Shown one piece after another: positions 58,491-64,000 of a DNA stretch of 64,000 nucleotides. The stretch's first letter is position 1; every line of letters begins with the position of its first letter. Under the pieces are notes generated by a model, which saw only the letters and a program-made list of their open reading frames with translations, made no database searches and had not been told where the DNA came from. The stretch is from assembly GCA_951406725.2 (NCBI GenBank), contig OX597820.1, positions 31,930,001-31,994,000 on the forward strand, written 5' to 3'. A program made the position numbers and the translations under genes. Source of the stretch: Octopus vulgaris (lineage: Eukaryota).

Positions 58491-59602
58491 TAAGAATGAC
58501 CGATTAGAGTTTTCTTTTTTTATCTTCACTTCCTTCAAAATGAATGTAAACAAAGTTAGTAAGTTATTGTGATATCATGCGTTTCACGATTAACTGACTG
58601 ATGCAATCTCGTGCGGTATTGCGTCAAACAGGAAGGTAAGAGTTAAATATGTGTTCCCTTACTTCTTCACATAGATTCCACATAGTTGAGGAAAGTACAT
58701 TATTTAAACTTAGGTCTTGCAGTTCCTTCGAGAAATATCATTTTTGTGTTTTACTTTGTTATATTAATTGTTAGTGGAAGGCAGGTCTTTAAAGCTTAAA
58801 TAACCAACTTAGCAATCAAAATATAGATACTGACATAAAGTCATCAGTTTGAAAGAGAGAAAAAGAGAGAGATGGGGGGAGAGAAAGAAAGGGAGTGAGA
58901 AGGAGTGAGAGGGAGGGATTTTCTAATGAAATTCTTGGACCCAAGTGTATCACAGGAACTTAGTTTATCAACCGTGGGATGGTCCACCCATCCCTCCCTC
59001 ATTCCACTCACCCATTCATCCATCCATCCATCTATCCACCCATCCATCCATCCATCCATCCATCCATCCATCCATCCATCCATCCATCCATCCATCCATC
59101 CATCCATCTTCCTTGTATGCTTATTCCTTTAAAATCTTAAGTGCAAAGTTCTTTCACAGGGCCGTCCAGAGAATCCTGTTAGCAGCATCCGATTAGCAAT
59201 GACACGATTGGACCACAAGCGAAACTTGAATATTATCTAATTATCTCGCTTCCGGTCTGCTCCTAAGATTCTGGAAGGAACGAAACAAACAAAAACCTGG
59301 AAGTATATTTGAATTCAGAATTGAGGACGATACTAAATACTGTTGGCATAATATTCTAAAGGGAAGTAACTTGAATGAACTTAGACATTCCAGATACAAA
59401 AGTTAAGAAAACGAGATCTAGACTTATGTACTATGATTAATATAGTTGATTAGACTTTTTGAAAGATGTGCTCCAGCATTGCCGTAGTCTATGAACTGAA
59501 ATGAGAGAAAGAAATGAAGAGAAGTAATAACTATTTGTTATATCAATTCACGACTGTGTCACGTATATATGCATAAACACATGCATGCATGTATGTATAT
59601 CG

Positions 59603-59643
<41 letters not shown>

Positions 59644-59664
59644 CGAGTGTGTGTGGATATATAT

Positions 59665-59835
59665 ATATATTACTCAAAGAAATTCAAATTTTGAGTTTCA
59701 CGTTTTATTTACAATCTTATAATATGATATAAAATAATATAATATAATGAAATCATATTATATTATCTTATATTATTATAAGATTATTATGAGAACATCG
59801 GACAAAATCAGACAGAATTTCTCTGAGTAATATAT
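59665..59835. repeat. Imperfect AT-rich palindrome
   Basis: atatattactcaaagaaattc / gaatttctctgagtaatatat, and inner aatcttataata / tattataagatt. Confidence 0.8.
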
Positions 59836-59872
59836 TTTTCTATGCTCAATCATACACATCCGTATGTGTGCG

Positions 59873-59904
<32 letters not shown>

Positions 59905-60037
59905 ACGACCTCGAACCCACAAGAATAAACAAGTAAGACGGAGACAGGTAGAAACAAGGAAAATGCCCCTTGCATTTGAATACTATGCAAATATTCTTTT
60001 AAAAATACTTTTCTTCTAATTTAAATTGTTTTCCATA

Positions 60038-60073
60038 CAGTTGAAAAAGTCTCAATGGCTGAAACCGGTACTG
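60038..60073 (+). ncRNA. Decayed minimal hammerhead motif
   Basis: CAG-tTGAAaA-AGTC(tcaat)GGCT-GAA-ACCGGT-A-CTG; stems retained, two core substitutions. Confidence 0.6.
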
Positions 60074-60123
60074 AAATGTTTTTTATAAAATTATTTTAGC
60101 ATTTTCTACCTTGAATTGTTTTT

Positions 60124-60182
<59 letters not shown>

Positions 60183-60185
<3 letters not shown>

Positions 60186-60584
60186 TAGTTTACTTTGTCT
60201 CTCTGTCTTCTTTCCTGGTGTTGTATGAACATTTAATGTGCTTTTAGAGTCAGGTTTTGACTGCTATTTCCAGCGTGGTGGTATCTCTTAGATACCCTAA
60301 ATTATAATTTTGAATAACTATTACCTTTGAAAGGCTTTTATTCTTATGCTGGCCACCTGATAAGATTGGTATTTAAATATCGATCTTATCTTTATTCATG
60401 TAAATTTATATATTTATTTCGTCATTATATTCACTGCGGTGTTATTCTGACCATGTCGCACGAGGAGTTTTAAGGCGGGAAATTTAAACTGGTCGTGTGC
60501 ATACGTGCATTTACATGTGTGTATACGTTCGTATATATAAGTATATCGTATGTTGTATATATATATATATATACATATATATAC

Positions 60585-60652
<68 letters not shown>

Positions 60653-60948
60653 ATTTGTATTTATGTGCTATCTGAGTGTATTCCACTGATGAAGGCAAAG
60701 CATTTCTTATGCAAAGTCAGAAATCCGGGATCTGGAATTACTCAGTAATTTTTTGCTAGTTTACTTTGCCTCTCTGTCTTCTCTCCTGGTGCTGTATGAA
60801 CATTTAATGTGGTTTTAGAGTCTGCTATTTCCAGCGTGGTGGTATCTCTTAGATACCATAAATTATAATTTTAAATAATTATTACTTTTGAAAGGTTTTT
60901 ATTCCCATGCTGGCCACCTGATAAGATAGGTATTTAAATATCGATCTT
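60183..60948 (+). mobile_element. Retrozyme-like tandem: ~200-bp direct repeats (60183-60387, 60754-60948), 571-bp period
   Basis: tgctagtttactttg...tatttaaatatcgatctt twice; a hammerhead lies just before the second copy. Confidence 0.85.
60672..60745 (+). ncRNA. Type I hammerhead ribozyme with extended stem I
   Basis: CTGAGT-gt-ATTCCA-CTGATGA-aGGCaaaGCAT(ttctt)ATGCaaaGTCa-GAA-ATCC(g)GGAT-C^-TGGAAT-t-ACTCAG. Confidence 0.85.
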
Positions 60949-60964
60949 TTCCTTATATATATAT

Positions 60965-61190
60965 ATACGACAGGCTTCTTTCAGTTTCCGTCTATTAAAT
61001 CCATTCACGGGACTTTGGTCAGCCCGATGCTTTAGTAGCAGACACATGTTCAAAGCGCCACGCAGTGGGACTGAACGCGCAACCATGTGGCTAGGAAATG
61101 CCAGCATTCGCTCGAAACAGGCTTTAAAAATCCCTTCAAGCCTGTGCCCCAGCATGGCAGCAGTCGAATGACCGAAACAAGTGAAAGATA
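60965..61190. mobile_element. SINE family A fragments (- 5' half 60965-61100; + tail 61130-61190)
   Basis: Family A motifs. Confidence 0.8.
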
Positions 61191-61208
61191 AACGATATTA
61201 CTCTGTTG

Positions 61209-61436
61209 CAGCGAGCTGGCAGAAACGTTAGCACAGCGGGCGAAATGCTTAGCGGTATTGCGTCTGTCGTTGCGTTCTGAGTTCAAATTCCGCCGAGGTC
61301 GACTTTGCCTTTCATCCTTTCGGGGTCGATAAATTAAGTACCAGTTACGCACTGGGGTCGATGTAATCGACTTAATCCGTTTGTCTGTCCTTGTTTGTCC
61401 CCTCTATGTTTAGCCCCTTGTGGGCAATAAAGAAAC
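61209..61436 (+). mobile_element. SINE family C, well-preserved copy
   Basis: A box-like agctggcagaa and B box gagttcaaattcc; central gcctttcatcctttcggggtcgataaattaagtaccag (Nin-domain-like); ends gggcaataaagaaa. Confidence 0.88.
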
Positions 61437-61955
61437 AGATATCACTCTGCTGCTCGTCAAAGAGGTTTCGTCAGGTGTTTATTTCTAGCATGTTGAGCGC
61501 TCACAAGCAGTATCCGCCATCGGCTCTTCTCGGGTATTTTGTCTTATACGATGACTATGCCGGATCTTAAGCTGAAGCAGCACTTGACATCTTTAATGAA
61601 GTGGACACGTGGACAGTTACTGCCACTCTGCTTCGCAATGTGGGTGTACTGCATATAATTGCGTATATAATATTATATGCACGTCTTTGAACTCCTTTCA
61701 CTACATACATAATATATATATGTATGCGTGTATAAGTGTGTGTCATTATGGGTACAAGAAAGTTCAGTACCTCAAGGTGGGGCATTGAACTTTAGGATAA
61801 TGATCTTTTCAATACTTCAAAATAAAATTATTACTTAACGGATATATCGGGTTTTCTTTCTCTGTCAGGCTGTATTTAGTGCACTATATTTATACATCTT
61901 CTTCTTTCCCTTTTCTATACATACCTGCATACATAGATACACGCACACGCACACA

Positions 61956-62055
<100 letters not shown>

Positions 62056-62136
62056 CAATTAAAATAAATGAATAAAAAGATGAATAAAAAAACGTTAAAA
62101 ACGAACTTGAGGACATGCACAAGAAATGTAGTACCT

Positions 62137-62448
62137 CAGTGGTTCCCAAACTTTTTCGGGGTGCCGCCCCCTTGACATCCAGGCCACATTTCTAGCGCCC
62201 CCGTCTCGCCTAATCATCATAAACATAGACCGCTTTCTATAGCAAATTCAAAAGCAACAGTATTTTACAAATATAACTTAACCTAATGAGCCCATTATTT
62301 TGCTGTTTTTACATGAATCGCCACCCTATTATCGCCCCAGTTTTTACATGAATCGCTACCCCGTTATTGCCCCACTTTTCTTCAACGTCCCCTTGGAACT
62401 TTACACCGCCCTAAAGGGGGGCAATATCGCCCACCTCGGGAACCACAG
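62137..62448. mobile_element. hAT MITE inserted in a Penelope-LTR-like repeat
   Basis: TIRs cagtggttccc / gggaaccacag; flanks tagtacct / tattagct (6/8); cgcccc subterminal repeats. Confidence 0.85.
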
Positions 62449-62570
62449 TATTAGCTTGACGCTCGGTGAATGGAGAGACTTTGACGTTTCGAGCATAGCT
62501 CTTCGTTGGAAAAGAGAAAGAGAAAAGTCCAAAGAGAGAAAAGAAATCGCCAACGGCATACCTGTAGTTC
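62449..62570 (-). mobile_element. Penelope-LTR-like repeat with a decayed hammerhead (62479-62513); continues at 62060-62136
   Basis: ttt-CcaACGA-a-GAGC(tat)GCTC-GAAACGTC-aaa; aaatcgccaacg is shared with 36113-36124. Confidence 0.7.
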
Positions 62571-62960
62571 ATTACTGAAGCATATTTATATCTTAGTCAC
62601 AATATGTGGATTCAAGGAATCCGGTAGTACTCATAAAAATCACTCCTTAAAGTTTTTAGATTTAATATTTATTAAAGGCAGAATTCCTATTAAATTTAAT
62701 TCTAATCCTATTCATATTATTAATCAGTGAGAAGATGATAGAGATTTAATTGTACCTATAACTATTATGATAATGAATATAAAATTGGCAGGGAAAAATT
62801 TATTGTTCATAAAGAGTAGTACAATTATGAATTGCTCATAATAAATAATGAATTGCTCATAATAACAAACCATATGGAATTTGTAATAATATTTAAGAAA
62901 AAAAAGGATACGGTGACATGTAAGTAAGGATATGCAGACATGTAAGTAATTTATTCATTA

Positions 62961-63560
62961 CTAGCAGTATTGCCCGGCTCAACGGCGATTTCAGGGGAAA
63001 GTTTCAGGGAGTCGCTGGCGATGTATCGTGATGATCAAATATCCGGCCAGCTAAAATTTGGTTAAAGTGATCAAACCGCAGACTCAACGCAAAATGGTCA
63101 CATTTAATTCAAAGCGTTAAAAATGTTATGAAAGCAATTGGTATGTGTTCACAAAGTCCAAAGGATTAATACGAAAAAACCCTCCAGGCTACATCCTGAA
63201 AATTCATTTCCTTGCCGAATTTCTACAATGTTTACGGCGATTCGTTTTTATATCTTGATTTTTTATTTTTCATGCAATTTACGCATGCTTGCACGCGTGG
63301 TGAACACAGTTCACGTCAAACAGCTGACTGAGTAAAGTTCACTATTCAATGCATGAGATAAGGCCTAAACAAACACATTATCGATTTTTGCACTTGCGAG
63401 ATGAATTTCAGAACAGAAATAGCGCAGTTCAATTGTCATTCGCCTAAACTTTAAGTGACCTATTTTTGGTGGTTCTACGATTTGTTGGCTAGGAGGAGAT
63501 GTGCCGGGAAGTTAAACACACAGACACACACACAGATACACACACAGACATATATATAGA
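62961..63560 (-). mobile_element. Helitron-like non-autonomous element
   Basis: End ctagcagtattgcccggc matches 5568-5585 at 17/18. The other end reads TCtatatatg on the minus strand. A|T insertion site; hairpin partly lost. Confidence 0.6.
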
Positions 63561-63720
63561 TTAAATACGATAATTTGCCCGGAAGTGGCCTCACGCTTGG
63601 CTTCCTGATCTTCTTCTGATGCACATATAGAGTGAGATATGCAGGATCCAGTTTTTAAACTGAAACGGACTGCCATTGTGTGTAAACGTGTACACACAAA
63701 CAAATATATATCTAATGTAT

Positions 63721-63906
63721 GCGGATCCGTGGAATAAGCTGCAGGACGAGATAGTGAAGATGCCGACGACCGCTCGGTTCAAAGTCTCCCTTGACTACAA
63801 GTGGCCTGAACTCTTTACATGAACACAACCCTGTACATAACTCCATCTCCCCTTACATGGCCTTGCTTTTTGCTTTTTGAGCCAAAAAATTAACTAACTA
63901 ACTAAT
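63721..63906 (+). mobile_element. CR1/L2-type LINE 3' end
   Basis: ADPWNKLQDEIVKMPTTARFKVSLDYKW matches the WN.LP...V.......FK..LD C-terminal pattern; short 3' UTR and (TAAC)n tail. Confidence 0.85.
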
Positions 63907-64000
63907 TATGCAATTGACCGAGGCATTATTTAATATATAGCCATCTATGTATCATACTCAATGTATATATACTGTTGATAGGCTGTTCTGATATAATATC

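Noticed and set aside
58560-58645. Donor AAG|GTAAGA with C/EBP-like motifs (also GTAAGT at ~39214 and 43564)
   Set aside because: Isolated short motifs are expected by chance in 64 kb.
61570-61690. Protein-like frame AEAALDIFNEVDTWTVTATLLRNVGVLH
   Set aside because: Short, bounded by stops, with no start, splice support or family match.

Overview
Eukaryotic, AT-rich, very repeat-dense DNA with no host protein-coding exon I can support. The SINE families, their (GTAAAAGA)n and (CAA)n tails and the microsatellite load suggest a cephalopod (Octopus-like) genome; this is an inference. Almost every ORF in the track is a microsatellite artefact. The real coding remnants all come from transposons: mariner DD34D, rosa-type DD41D, maT DD37D, Tigger/pogo, R4/Dong-like and HERO-like RLE LINEs, a CR1-type 3' end, and a Penelope-like GIY-YIG endonuclease frame missed by the ORF track. 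Non-coding content includes at least five SINE or SINE-like families, hAT MITEs, two Helitron-like elements, a nested five-element cluster and an ~8 kb trinucleotide field. The most notable signal is about ten type I hammerhead ribozyme motifs, some intact and some decayed, in several unrelated repeats. They include an apparently intact one at 18607-18652 (-), three in retrozyme-like tandem units (periods ~362, ~285 and ~571 bp), and one inside a tRNA-headed SINE. Six long fold-back inverted repeats occur alongside them, mostly next to (TA)n. All folds were done by eye and repeat boundaries are approximate.
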